Assembly: GCA_045597145.1 (NCBI GenBank)
Contig: JAZODU010000042.1
Span: 11,166-75,165 of the forward strand
DNA: 64,000 bases
Direction: 5' to 3'
From: Eubacteriales bacterium
GTDB lineage: Bacteria; Bacillota; Clostridia; Oscillospirales; CAG-272
In this document: piece after piece, positions 51,952 to 61,920 of the stretch
Layout: the number at the start of each line of letters is the position of its first letter
Position numbering within the stretch: the stretch's first letter is position 1
The notes under the pieces: generated by a model
Database searches by the model: none
What the model saw: the letters and a program-made list of their open reading frames with translations, nothing else
Told to the model about the DNA's origin: nothing
Position numbers and translations under genes: made by a program

Positions 51952-54792
51952 ATGACAAAAGTGAAGAAATCTACTTTATCCAAGCTTTTCGCTCTGTTGT
52001 TGGCAGTCATGATGGTCATTCCCATGTTCGTGGCTTGTAAAACGCCCGAGTCTGCGGCACCTGTCGATAACGAGGACGAGGATAAGATCGTCGGCGATTT
52101 TCTCCAACTGGGTGAAAGAGGCTTTACCAGTTTTTCGCTTGTATATTCCGAGGACACGAAGGTCCTGACCAAGACCGAGTGTAAGAATCTGATCGATGAG
52201 ATCAAGAGCGTTACGGGCGCAGCCCTTGCGCTCGTCGAGGACGCATCCCAGAAGACCAAGAGAGAGATCATCGTCGGCGTGATCGGTGAGATCGGCCGTG
52301 ACGATATCGAAAAGGAGGTTGCAAAGTACAACCTCGGTGAGTACGACTACCTCGTTAAGGTATTCGGCAACGACCTGATCATCGCGCTGGGAAGCAATCC
52401 CGTCAGCGTACAGGCGTTTGCGTTCTTGAAGGAAAGACTCCTTTATATTGACAAGGCGAACGAAACCGTTTCGGTTCCCGCGGATCTCGAATACGTTTAC
52501 TATTCCGACAACGCAGAAGACAAGAATGGCATCAAGAAGGTTCGTGCAGACAAGAAGAACCCCACCGAGCTGCTCTTTACCCTGCACCCCGGCTCCGAGC
52601 TGGACGTTTCCTGCCGCCTGACCTACACGGGCAACGGTGGCTGGCGCGTACAGACCAGACATAACATGGCAGTGCCTTTCGGCAATGTTGGCGCAGCACA
52701 GAAGCTGGCGCTTGATCTGGGCGACACGCCTGCAGATCTGCCTCAGACCCTGACCTACTGGGAGGATGACACCAACATCATCGCACAAGCTCCCGACGGC
52801 AGCTACGCCGTATTGAACAAGCTCGACTTCAACATCAAGTTCTGCAACGCAGAGGGCAAGCTGATCCGCACGCTGACGGGGCTCAACCACTCCATCACGG
52901 GTCGTCTTGACACGCTGACTCTGTACGCAAACTTTACCCTCAACGATACCGAGGCGATCTTCGGTACGGGTGAGAGATTCGATTCCGTCAACCGGCGCGG
53001 CAACAAGGTCGTGATCCAGAGCGGCGCGGTTGCCGATACCAAGGATAACTCCAACGTAGCGATCCCGCTGTTCTCCAGCTCCACCGGTTCCGGTATCTTC
53101 GTGAACAGCAACGCGTACATGGTGGCTGACATCGGTGCTACCAAATACAACGAGCTGAACGTCACGCTTAGCGCGGGTGCGCTTGACGTATACGTGTTTA
53201 CCACCGATAAGATCGCAGACGTTCTGAACGCTTACGCGGCGATCAGCGGTTACGCAAAGGCTCCCGAAAACTGGATGAACGGTCTGCTTGTCGTTCGTTA
53301 CGATGCAAACGTGGATACGCTGGAGGCGGTCAAGGAAATGATCGCAAACATGGAGGTTTACGGCACACCCTGGACCGGCATCGTGATCGACGGCTGGGAC
53401 GTTCACGACTTCTCCAAGCACGAGGAGCTCAAGACGGTGTGCGATCTCGTTCACTCCATGGGCAAGAAGATCATCTGCAACGTCGATATCGGCTTCTTCC
53501 CGGGCGCATTCCCCGAGGGCATGTATGAGGACGTAAAGGTCGACAATTTCTATCTGACCTGGACCTTTACCTATTACTACGGCGAGCCGCAGGGAGACGG
53601 TTCCTTCACGACCAGTACCATCAGGACCAACACGACCGCAAATCTCCCGATCGTCGAAGCTGCAGGCTCTATGCTGGAAGCACCTTTGTTTACCGTGGCA
53701 CCCACCGTAAACACCAAGGAGCCTATCAAGAGCGATCCTTTTGCAACCACTATTGAGGGCGGCGACAGAACAAGCAACGCTGACGACTTTACCTACGACA
53801 CCAAGACCTACCTCGACATCACGAATCCTGTGGCTGTTGAGTGGTTCTTCGGCGAGTACTGGACGTATCTGGTAGAGGAGATCGGCTTTGACGGCGCAAA
53901 GGTAGACGGTACAAACCTCCTGCCCGACACGCACGGCACGCTGAACTTCTACGATAAGACCGCTGAAACCGGCGGCGCACGTCAGTGGTACTCCACCTGC
54001 TTTGCAGGTCTTTTGAACAACGTTCTGGCAAAGAAGCCTGACGGCGGTATATGCTTTACCACGGGCGGCGGCATCGGCTCTCAGCGCAATGCCATCGTGG
54101 TGGGCGGCGAGCAGAGCCGTACGACCAACCGTTTGGAAAGACAGATCTCGGGTCTGCTTTCCGCAGGTCTTTCGGGCATGCCCTTCGTATCCTACTACGC
54201 AGGCGGCTCCTTCTACAAGAACGACAACGAGTTGAGCATCGACCAGGAGGTTTCGATCTTCCTGCGCGGTGTCCAGTTCACCGCATTCACGGTCAGCATG
54301 ATGACCGACAGCACCAACGTCAGAGGCGCGTTCGACTTTGTGGCTGAAAACGAGGATTACGCATGCGTGAGCGAGCTTTACAGCCTGTACACAAAGCTGC
54401 ACGACGCAATGGCACCTTACATCGATGAGTACGCAGCAGAAGCAACCGCGAGCGGTATGCCTCTGGCGCGCCATCTGGTTCTGATGTGGCAGAACGACGC
54501 CAACGTTTACAACATTGACGACCAGTACATGTTCGGTGACGCGTTCCTCGTAGCACCCGAGCTTTACGGCGAAGGCACGAGAACCGTTTATCTGCCCGAG
54601 GGTACTTGGCTTGACCTTATCACCGGCGAGACCTACGTTGTGGGTGCGGGCGGCGATACGGTCGAGTGCAACGTGACCTTGGCGCAGATTCCCGTGTTCT
54701 ACAACGTGAACACCACCTCTAAAACAGCTGCGGGCATCCTTGACGATGTCACCCTGATCCTCGATCAGATCAACGCGGTTGAGCTTCCTTAA
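51952..54792 (+). CDS. Divergent GH31 lipoprotein (paralogue 5), altered catalytic motifs
   Basis: Lipobox FVAC; DGAKVDGTN and VVGGEQ in place of DGCKIDFCE and WAGDQ. Confidence 0.85.
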   Translation: MTKVKKSTLSKLFALLLAVMMVIPMFVACKTPESAAPVDNEDEDKIVGDFLQLGERGFTSFSLVYSEDTKVLTKTECKNLIDEIKSVTGAALALVEDASQKTKREIIVGVIGEIGRDDIEKEVAKYNLGEYDYLVKVFGNDLIIALGSNPVSVQAFAFLKERLLYIDKANETVSVPADLEYVYYSDNAEDKNGIKKVRADKKNPTELLFTLHPGSELDVSCRLTYTGNGGWRVQTRHNMAVPFGNVGAAQKLALDLGDTPADLPQTLTYWEDDTNIIAQAPDGSYAVLNKLDFNIKFCNAEGKLIRTLTGLNHSITGRLDTLTLYANFTLNDTEAIFGTGERFDSVNRRGNKVVIQSGAVADTKDNSNVAIPLFSSSTGSGIFVNSNAYMVADIGATKYNELNVTLSAGALDVYVFTTDKIADVLNAYAAISGYAKAPENWMNGLLVVRYDANVDTLEAVKEMIANMEVYGTPWTGIVIDGWDVHDFSKHEELKTVCDLVHSMGKKIICNVDIGFFPGAFPEGMYEDVKVDNFYLTWTFTYYYGEPQGDGSFTTSTIRTNTTANLPIVEAAGSMLEAPLFTVAPTVNTKEPIKSDPFATTIEGGDRTSNADDFTYDTKTYLDITNPVAVEWFFGEYWTYLVEEIGFDGAKVDGTNLLPDTHGTLNFYDKTAETGGARQWYSTCFAGLLNNVLAKKPDGGICFTTGGGIGSQRNAIVVGGEQSRTTNRLERQISGLLSAGLSGMPFVSYYAGGSFYKNDNELSIDQEVSIFLRGVQFTAFTVSMMTDSTNVRGAFDFVAENEDYACVSELYSLYTKLHDAMAPYIDEYAAEATASGMPLARHLVLMWQNDANVYNIDDQYMFGDAFLVAPELYGEGTRTVYLPEGTWLDLITGETYVVGAGGDTVECNVTLAQIPVFYNVNTTSKTAAGILDDVTLILDQINAVELP

Positions 54793-54802
54793 TTAAATAG
54801 GA

Positions 54803-54920
54803 GGGATTTCGTGGGGGACGCTTCTTTCGGGAAGCTTCCCCGCGCCCCTTTCAAGAGCTTTCACCAAACGGGAATAGGGATCTCCATTGGGCGCGCGACA
54901 CAGTGCGCCCTTTTTGCGTG
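54803..54920 (+). repeat. Family A repeat with terminator
   Basis: CCCCTTTCAAGAGCTTTCACC...GGGCGCGC-gacaca-GTGCGCCC-TTTTT. Confidence 0.7.
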
Positions 54921-55090
54921 CCTGCGCGGTGTTCCATAGGTGCTCCCGAAGAGAGCGAAGCGACAGAACGTTAGCCTCCCGCTCCGCGAGATTACGGTCA
55001 ACGCCGCGCGGGGCGGGGCAGGGGGCAAAGTTGGAAGAGACTGGTTAATGTGCACAAAAAGAAGATGCGTTTTTTGTGACTTTTTGAAAC

Positions 55091-55119
55091 TTGACAAAGG
55101 TGTTTTGATGCGGTATAAT
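55091..55119 (+). promoter_or_regulatory. Consensus sigma-A promoter
   Basis: TTGACA-17-TATAAT. Confidence 0.8.
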
Positions 55120-55220
55120 ATAGTAGACCTATAACGCTCTGTTCTGTTCGGGGCGGTAGGAATGGCGAGGGGAAAAACACCCTCCAATCCTTCAAAAAAT
55201 TTAAAAAGGAGAGAAAGAAC

Positions 55221-56750
55221 ATGAAAAACATCATCAAAATTGCTGTGCTTCTCTTGGCTCTGCTGATGATCGTTCCCTGTCTGGCGGCTTGTAACAAGGG
55301 CGGCGGTGGGGACACGACTGCTCCTCGGAACCCCGGCGGAGAAGTTGAGGATCCTTATCTGGAGCCCGTAGACCTGAAGCGCTACGAGTACAAGGCGTTT
55401 GTGCGCAGCCAGGCCACCGGTAACAAGGCTTTTTACTGCGAGGACTTCTGGGTTGACCCTGCTACCGGCGGTGCTGATGCACTGTCTTTCGCGGTTATCG
55501 CAAGAAACAGCGAGATCGAGCAAACCTACAACTGCAAGATCACGCAGGTGTGGTCCACGCAGGAAGACTCTTTCGTTGAAATGCGCGGCTTGTTCAATAC
55601 CAACCAGTTGTATGAGCTGACCATTATGATGGCGATTGACGCAGCAAACTGCGCAACCGCAGGCTACCTGTCCAACATCAAGAACGATCTGAACCAGACC
55701 TACATCAACCTCGATCACGAGGCGTTTGACCAGAACTCCATCGAGCAGCTGACTCTCGGCGATAGCCTTTACTACATCAGCGGCGACATGAACATCTCCG
55801 CTCTGGACAACACCATTTCCACCATCGTCAACGTCAACGACTATTACGATATCGCTGAGGAGCTGGCAATCACCTTTGACGACAGCGATTTCGAGAGTCC
55901 CTACACCCTCGTTGAGGAGGGCAAGTGGACCGTTGAGAACATGCTCAAGATCGCAGGTGAGTACACGATGGACGCAAACACCAACGACGGAGAACTGAGC
56001 TACGATAAGGAAGACCTGATCGGTTACTTCGTGTATCAGGCGTCTCCTCTGTACTACTACTACGGTGCAGGCATGCGTATCACCGATAACATTGGCGGCT
56101 ATCCTCAGTTCATGATCGACACCGACGAGGCTTCCGAGGTTTACGACTACCTGTTCGATAAACTGAACCTTGAAGCAAACAACCTTCCCGGCGGTAATTC
56201 CAATAAGCGTTCCCAGAACTTCCAGAGCGGTCAGGTTCTGTTCGCGGACTACATCCTTTGGGACGTTCGTCGCGTGCTCTACTCCGCTGATATCGACTTC
56301 GCATACGGTATCCTTCCCATTCCTACCATTGAGGAGAACGAGGATTACCACAGCGTTCTGTACTTCCAGAACTGCGCACACCTGTGGGCACTTCCCTACA
56401 AGCGTGCTGAGGCTGACAAGGCAGCTCGTATGATGTACGTCATGACCGTATACTCCGGTATGGATGACTCCACTCTGGACGCATACTACATGAGAACCAT
56501 GTACATGGAGGTTGCTAAGGACGACGGTTCCCGTGCATCCCTCGAGATCATTCGTCACTCTCTGGTTTACGATATCGCACTTCTGTACTGCCCTACCGAC
56601 AAGTGGGGTAGATTCGATGAGCTTCTCGTCGACATCGATGTCAGAAAGGTTAAGGAGTTTGCAACCTACACCTCCGAGTCCCGTATGCAGGCCGCTCAGG
56701 ACGAGATGAACGATACGATCGACCTGTTCATCAAGTTCGGAGCAGACTGA
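55221..56750 (+). CDS. Extracellular solute-binding lipoprotein (ABC type), orphan
   Basis: Lipobox LAAC; RNSEIEQTYNCKI, LVEEGKWT, YGILPIP, SLEII pattern typical of clostridial sugar-binding proteins. Confidence 0.75.
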   Translation: MKNIIKIAVLLLALLMIVPCLAACNKGGGGDTTAPRNPGGEVEDPYLEPVDLKRYEYKAFVRSQATGNKAFYCEDFWVDPATGGADALSFAVIARNSEIEQTYNCKITQVWSTQEDSFVEMRGLFNTNQLYELTIMMAIDAANCATAGYLSNIKNDLNQTYINLDHEAFDQNSIEQLTLGDSLYYISGDMNISALDNTISTIVNVNDYYDIAEELAITFDDSDFESPYTLVEEGKWTVENMLKIAGEYTMDANTNDGELSYDKEDLIGYFVYQASPLYYYYGAGMRITDNIGGYPQFMIDTDEASEVYDYLFDKLNLEANNLPGGNSNKRSQNFQSGQVLFADYILWDVRRVLYSADIDFAYGILPIPTIEENEDYHSVLYFQNCAHLWALPYKRAEADKAARMMYVMTVYSGMDDSTLDAYYMRTMYMEVAKDDGSRASLEIIRHSLVYDIALLYCPTDKWGRFDELLVDIDVRKVKEFATYTSESRMQAAQDEMNDTIDLFIKFGAD

Positions 56751-56925
56751 TCTACAATTAATTGATTCCGACCTCGTTTTTCCTTCCCAATAACTTTTGA
56801 AGGACCTCGGGTCGGTAAAGCGGGAGGGGTGCAACAGCGCCCCTCCTGTGCCCGTTCAACAGATGTAAGGCTCTGTTACGACGAGCTGCGGGTTTTGGCT
56901 GTGCCGCGTTGGCGGCGGGGAGTAT

Positions 56926-57115
56926 CAACCCCTCCGTCGCATCTGCGGTGTGCCACCTCCCCTTGCACAGGGGAGGCAAAGAGCAAGCGCGAACAAAGCA
57001 AAAAACTATTGGTCTTTGCTATTTACGGCTTGGGCTGCAATGAATGCACCGCCCCAAAGCCTCCCCTGTGTAAGGGGAGGTGTCATTTGACGCTTGCGTC
57101 AAATGACGGAAGGGG
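56926..57115. repeat. REP-like palindromic doublet (family B)
   Basis: CCCTCCGTC...GCCACCTCCCCTTGCACAGGGGAGGC and the inverse GCCTCCCCTGTGTAAGGGGAGGTG...GACGGAAGGG. Confidence 0.7.
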
Positions 57116-57269
57116 TGACGGTCTTGCATTTGGGCAGCGCGCAGAACTGCTTGATTCGTTGCTTTACTTATCCGGAGCCACACGTAAAAGCTCAAAGCAA
57201 GTCCTCTCGAGTCATAGCCCCCGTGGGGGCTTGCTTTGGGCTTTTACACCACACAGAAAGGGAAAAATT

Positions 57270-60200
57270 ATGAAGAAAAACAAATTATTTCTCGGGATCG
57301 CGAGCGTTGTTGCACTGGTGCTCCTGATCCCTGCGCTCATCATTCCTTCGATCGGCGCCGGGACGCAGACGCTGTCTGCAAGAAATTATGGGTTTAACAA
57401 TCAGGCGATCGGATCCACGAGTACGGCACTGAAGGATGCTTACGACGGTACGACGACGTATCCTACTACCGCAACGATCGCGGCGAACCCCGCAAACCCG
57501 AACTCCTCGGACCGCGTTCTTCGCATCGACAGTAAGACCGTTGATACGGGCAAGGTTGCCGAGTTTATCGCCGTCGGCACGTATGCTTACGAGGTTATCT
57601 GGGATGACGCGTCGAAGGCTACGGGTACGGCGAAGTACAATAACAAGACGCTTACGCTCACGAGCACCGACGGCGGTAAGACCGTTGTGGCTTCGGACAG
57701 TAAAACGTATACCGTTTCTACCGATGCTGCCCTGAGAGAGGCGGTCGGCGGCGGTAGCAACGTCGACAAAAACGTAACGGTCGGTAACGTTAAGATGAGC
57801 TATAGCGAGCTTGCGAACCCGACGGTGGTTTTGCAGGCAGAGTACTATATCCCCACGGGTGCTCTGGGAACCTTTGAAAGCCAGATCGTCAAGTACTCTA
57901 CGAACGGCACCGCCAAAACTTACCTGAACCTGTTCAAGATCAATCTTGGTACGGGAGCGATTAGCTCGGGTGATATCCTTGGCTCTGACGATAAGGTGGG
58001 TTCTTTCACGCTTGAAAAAGATGTGTGGAACACCGTTTCCGTTGTAGTCAATCTGGAAACCGGTGCAGCTGAACTTTACATCAACAACATTCTGGTGTTC
58101 GGTGGTCGGTTTAGCATCGGTGGCACGGTTTTGACGAACCTCGTGTTCGATGAGGGTAACTGGAACATTGCAAAGCTGAACAAGCAGAGCAGCCTCGGCA
58201 ACTTCGGCGGCTGCTTCTACGTCAATAACGCCAGATACCACAGCTATGACGCCACCAAGAAGATCGATCTTTCTTCGGGTTCCGATCTGTTGTACACCGA
58301 GGTGACGCTGGCTTCCGGCCGTAAGGTTGGCGCAAGCTCCGGCGATACGATTCTCGCCAATATCGACGTGGTATATCAAAACGTGCGTGTGGCGGATTAT
58401 GCAGACATGATCGCCCCCGTTGAGGGTGCATCGCTCCGTCTGACCAACACCAGCGGTCTGCGCTTTGCAACGCAGATCAACACGGCCATGATGAACGAGC
58501 TGGTTGCGGCAAAGGCGGCAGGTCACATTAAAAACGTAGAGATCGGTACGCTGATCACGCCTTACGCATACGTGACCGAGGCGGGCAACTTCACGATTGA
58601 CGCGCTCAAGACGCTGTCGTATTCCGCAAAATACCTCGACGTTAAGGCAACCGTCGGCGGCTACTTCAACCCCCCCGGTCTTACCCCGTCTGAGGGCTAC
58701 AACACCTTCTTCGTCGGTTCTATTATCGACATCAAGCCCGCAAACCGTAACCGCTTGTTCACGGGCATGGGCTACGTGAAGGTTACGCAGAACAACGGCA
58801 CTGTCAGATATATCTACAGCTACGATTACAACAATGCTACCACGCAGGAAAGCAAGTATTCCAGAAGCATTTCCTACATCGCATCCGTGTTCGTGAACGA
58901 TCCTGATTTCTCGCAGTATCAGGAGCTTCTGCAGAGCTTCGTGCAGGGCATGACGGTTCCTGCACTCTCCAGCTCGATTATCCAGAACGTACAGTACTCC
59001 TACAACGAGTTCTTCTTCCAGAACGCAGCGGGTGTTGCGTGCCAGCTCATTTACGACGGCAACAACGGCTGGCGTCTGCAGGCGGTCAAGCCCACGCAGA
59101 CCAACAGCAAGTACAACGAGTTTGACAACATGGGCGCGGCGCAGGCTCTGTCCCAGTATCTGGGTGAGGAGCACGACGATAAGGCGATGAAGCTGATCGT
59201 TACCAATGACAGCTCCAAGTTCACCATTCGCGCAGAGGGAACCGATTCCTACGTGACGCTGAACATCACCGGCTCCTTCAACCTCCGGTTCTTCTCGCCC
59301 AAGGGCGTTCTGATGAACAACGTCACCGCCATCACTGCTAGCGGAACAAGTGATAAGGATAAAAGCATTAAGCTGACGGGTGACCTTTTGACGGGCGAGG
59401 CAATCTACGGCGGCGGTGAGAGATTTGATGCGGCAAACAAGCGCGGCAAGTCTATGTCGCTCTATTCCTACGACGCATACAACTCCGGTGTTCCCGGTAC
59501 CGCCAACGAGGCGGGTACTTACACCGTTATCCCGCTGTTCACCTCCTCCAGAGGTAGCGGTATGTACATCAACCGTTACGAGATCATGACCGCGGACTGG
59601 GGCGAGACCTCCTCCAACCAGTGGTCTGTTACCATTCAGAACGACCTGATCGACTGCTATTTCTACTCCACGGGTAACATGGCAGACGCGATCTACGGTT
59701 ACACCGACCTTGCAGGTCACGCAACCCTGCCCGAGGAATGGGCACAGGGGGTTCTGATCTGCCGTTACAGCCCCGACTTCACCGGCCTCAACGGCGAGAA
59801 GATGTATTTCGACAAGCTGGAGGACATTCCCGGATACGAGACGCTGACACTCTCCAGCGGCGGTGATCCGGCTACCACCAAGACCTCTTGGACAAAGGGC
59901 GACAAGCTCTATTCGGGTAGCTCCATCAAGTATATTTACGCAGATTACGACTTTGACGGTGACTACGAATTCGTTCGTACCTCCAAGAAGGGCGGCGCTC
60001 CCATGGGTGCGGGCGTTAAGGCGATCGTTGAAGGACTGATCGACGCCGGCATGAAGCCCACCGCAATGGTGCTGGAGGGACTCGGCTGGACCAGCCTTGG
60101 TACCAACTCGTCGCAGTACGCTAATTTCGTTGAGGTCATCAACTGGCTCGAGGAGCGTGACATCAACACCACGATTTACATGGCAGTTGGTGAAATCGGC

Positions 60201-61529
60201 TCCGGCATGCCCGGCTATAAGGCGGAATATCAGCTGAAGGCAAACGTGACCTACTCTCTGGACTATGGGAACGGTGACTCCGATGGATGGGGGGGTACCT
60301 ATCATCATGAGTTTACAGCGGGCACGCAGACCACGACCAAGATCCCGAAGAATGCAGGTTCCGACAACCCCGATGCAGTCGGCACGGGCACGCAGACCTA
60401 CCTTGATATCACCAACCCCGAGGCAGTGGATTGGTACATGGACGTCGTTTGGGGTCAGCTCATTGAGCTTGGCGTTGACGGCTGTAAGATAGACTTCTGC
60501 GAAACCATGCCCAACGAGGGCTTTACCTTCGATCTGGTCGGAACCAAAACGAGTTGGCTTACCGGAACCACGAGTGTGAAGGTTGGTACGGCAACGCTGG
60601 AATACCAGTGGTACGATGACACCGTCTTTGAGGGCGACGACGTTCACCACGCATACTCCTCTTACTTTATCTCGCTCTTCTGCCAGAGAATGTTGGAGAA
60701 GGCTCCCGAGGGCTTTGTCGTACTGAACCGCGGCGGCGGTATCGGTATGCAGCGTAACCCCTACATGTGGGCGGGCGACCAGACGCGTGAGGAGATTACG
60801 CTTACCACGCAGCTGATGGTAGTGCTCAACTCGGGTATTTCGGGTCTGCCCTTCATGACCTACGATATGGCAGGTTATGCTTACGGCGCCGAGCCCGACA
60901 ACTATTGGAACGGCACGTGGGATGCGGCAGGCGCAGAGGCTGCAAAGAAAACCGAGTCCGAGATCTTCATTCGTGCGATCCAGTACACGGCGTTCAGCCT
61001 GATGATCCAGACGCACGGTGACGTTCGTCACTTGTACGATCTGAGCGAGGAAGCACAGACCATTTCCGCACAGTACACGGCACTCCACGACGAGCTGATG
61101 CCTTACATCCGGAAGTATTCGCAGATCGCGTGCGAAACGGGTCTGCCCGTGCTGCGTCTGTTGGTTCTGCACTACCAGAACGATACCAATGTATACGATA
61201 TCAACGACCAGTATATGTTCGGTGACGGACTGATGGTAGCACCTATTCTGGAGCTGGGCTCTACGTCCAGAACCGTTTACCTGCCCGAGGGTAACTGGAT
61301 TGACCTCTTGACGGGTAAGGAATACAGCGTCGGTGCGAACGGTCAGACCATTACCGTGACCGCGAAGCTCAACCAGATTCCCGTATTCCTGAATGCGGAT
61401 TCCGATGACGCACATGAGCTTGCTCCGATCTTCAACGGCTCGATCTGGCAGAAGATCAACGGCGGACACAAGATTCGTGATTTCTACACGGACGACCCCG
61501 CACAGGACGATATCTTCGGTAAAAAATAA
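57270..61529 (+). CDS. Large secreted multidomain GH31 (paralogue 6, 1419 aa)
   Basis: Signal peptide without lipobox; lectin-like beta region (WNTVSVVVNL); GASLR/GLRF domain; DGCKIDFCE, WAGDQ; start at ATG after GAAAGGG. Confidence 0.88.
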   Translation: MKKNKLFLGIASVVALVLLIPALIIPSIGAGTQTLSARNYGFNNQAIGSTSTALKDAYDGTTTYPTTATIAANPANPNSSDRVLRIDSKTVDTGKVAEFIAVGTYAYEVIWDDASKATGTAKYNNKTLTLTSTDGGKTVVASDSKTYTVSTDAALREAVGGGSNVDKNVTVGNVKMSYSELANPTVVLQAEYYIPTGALGTFESQIVKYSTNGTAKTYLNLFKINLGTGAISSGDILGSDDKVGSFTLEKDVWNTVSVVVNLETGAAELYINNILVFGGRFSIGGTVLTNLVFDEGNWNIAKLNKQSSLGNFGGCFYVNNARYHSYDATKKIDLSSGSDLLYTEVTLASGRKVGASSGDTILANIDVVYQNVRVADYADMIAPVEGASLRLTNTSGLRFATQINTAMMNELVAAKAAGHIKNVEIGTLITPYAYVTEAGNFTIDALKTLSYSAKYLDVKATVGGYFNPPGLTPSEGYNTFFVGSIIDIKPANRNRLFTGMGYVKVTQNNGTVRYIYSYDYNNATTQESKYSRSISYIASVFVNDPDFSQYQELLQSFVQGMTVPALSSSIIQNVQYSYNEFFFQNAAGVACQLIYDGNNGWRLQAVKPTQTNSKYNEFDNMGAAQALSQYLGEEHDDKAMKLIVTNDSSKFTIRAEGTDSYVTLNITGSFNLRFFSPKGVLMNNVTAITASGTSDKDKSIKLTGDLLTGEAIYGGGERFDAANKRGKSMSLYSYDAYNSGVPGTANEAGTYTVIPLFTSSRGSGMYINRYEIMTADWGETSSNQWSVTIQNDLIDCYFYSTGNMADAIYGYTDLAGHATLPEEWAQGVLICRYSPDFTGLNGEKMYFDKLEDIPGYETLTLSSGGDPATTKTSWTKGDKLYSGSSIKYIYADYDFDGDYEFVRTSKKGGAPMGAGVKAIVEGLIDAGMKPTAMVLEGLGWTSLGTNSSQYANFVEVINWLEERDINTTIYMAVGEIGSGMPGYKAEYQLKANVTYSLDYGNGDSDGWGGTYHHEFTAGTQTTTKIPKNAGSDNPDAVGTGTQTYLDITNPEAVDWYMDVVWGQLIELGVDGCKIDFCETMPNEGFTFDLVGTKTSWLTGTTSVKVGTATLEYQWYDDTVFEGDDVHHAYSSYFISLFCQRMLEKAPEGFVVLNRGGGIGMQRNPYMWAGDQTREEITLTTQLMVVLNSGISGLPFMTYDMAGYAYGAEPDNYWNGTWDAAGAEAAKKTESEIFIRAIQYTAFSLMIQTHGDVRHLYDLSEEAQTISAQYTALHDELMPYIRKYSQIACETGLPVLRLLVLHYQNDTNVYDINDQYMFGDGLMVAPILELGSTSRTVYLPEGNWIDLLTGKEYSVGANGQTITVTAKLNQIPVFLNADSDDAHELAPIFNGSIWQKINGGHKIRDFYTDDPAQDDIFGKK

Positions 61530-61593
61530 CTGACAACGGCGGAGGCGGTTGGGAACAGCCGCTTCCGCTCACAAAGAAAAGGAGTATTTGGTG

Positions 61594-61896
61594 ATGCTGA
61601 AACGAATTCTTACGGCGCTCCTCGCGGGGATCTTGCTGCTTTCGCTTTGTGCGTGCCAAGGCTTTGAGAACGAAACGACCACGACCACGGCAGATGGCGG
61701 CGGATCGCCCGATCCTGATCCCGATCCTGATCCTGATCCTGATCCCGATCCTGATCCCGATCCCGATCCCGATCCCGAGCCCGAGCCTGACCCTGACCCT
61801 GACCCTGATCCCGATCCCGATCCCGATCCCGGTTCCGAACCGGATCCCGAGCCCGAGCCTGACCCTGATCCCGATCCATGGACGCCGTGGGTTTAA
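61594..61896 (+). CDS. Small Pro-Asp repeat lipoprotein ending in WTPWV
   Basis: SD AAGGAG; lipobox LCAC; T-run followed by a (PD/PE)n stalk. Confidence 0.8.
   Translation: MLKRILTALLAGILLLSLCACQGFENETTTTTADGGGSPDPDPDPDPDPDPDPDPDPDPDPEPEPDPDPDPDPDPDPDPGSEPDPEPEPDPDPDPWTPWV
61708..61878 (+). repeat. Coding hexamer tandem repeat (CCN GAY/GAG)
   Basis: Encodes PDPDPD...PEPEPD. Confidence 0.9.
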
Positions 61897-61920
61897 AAAA
61901 GTAAAAAAACGGAGCTTTTT

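Noticed and set aside
56829-57269. N-terminal extensions in the ORF track (also ahcY, glgA, glgP, nucleoside hydrolase, 47029)
   Set aside because: They run through repeats or intergenic DNA; SD-linked starts and signal peptides lie downstream
57285-61469. 1394-aa minus-strand ORF (also 51976-54474, 54861-56834, 42168-44189, 30000-32495, 28405-29874)
   Set aside because: Antisense shadows of well-supported genes caused by GC-rich codon bias; no motifs or SD
61708-61878. Tandem repeat as a possible CRISPR array
   Set aside because: Hexamer period, no spacers, and it codes for a Pro-Asp stalk
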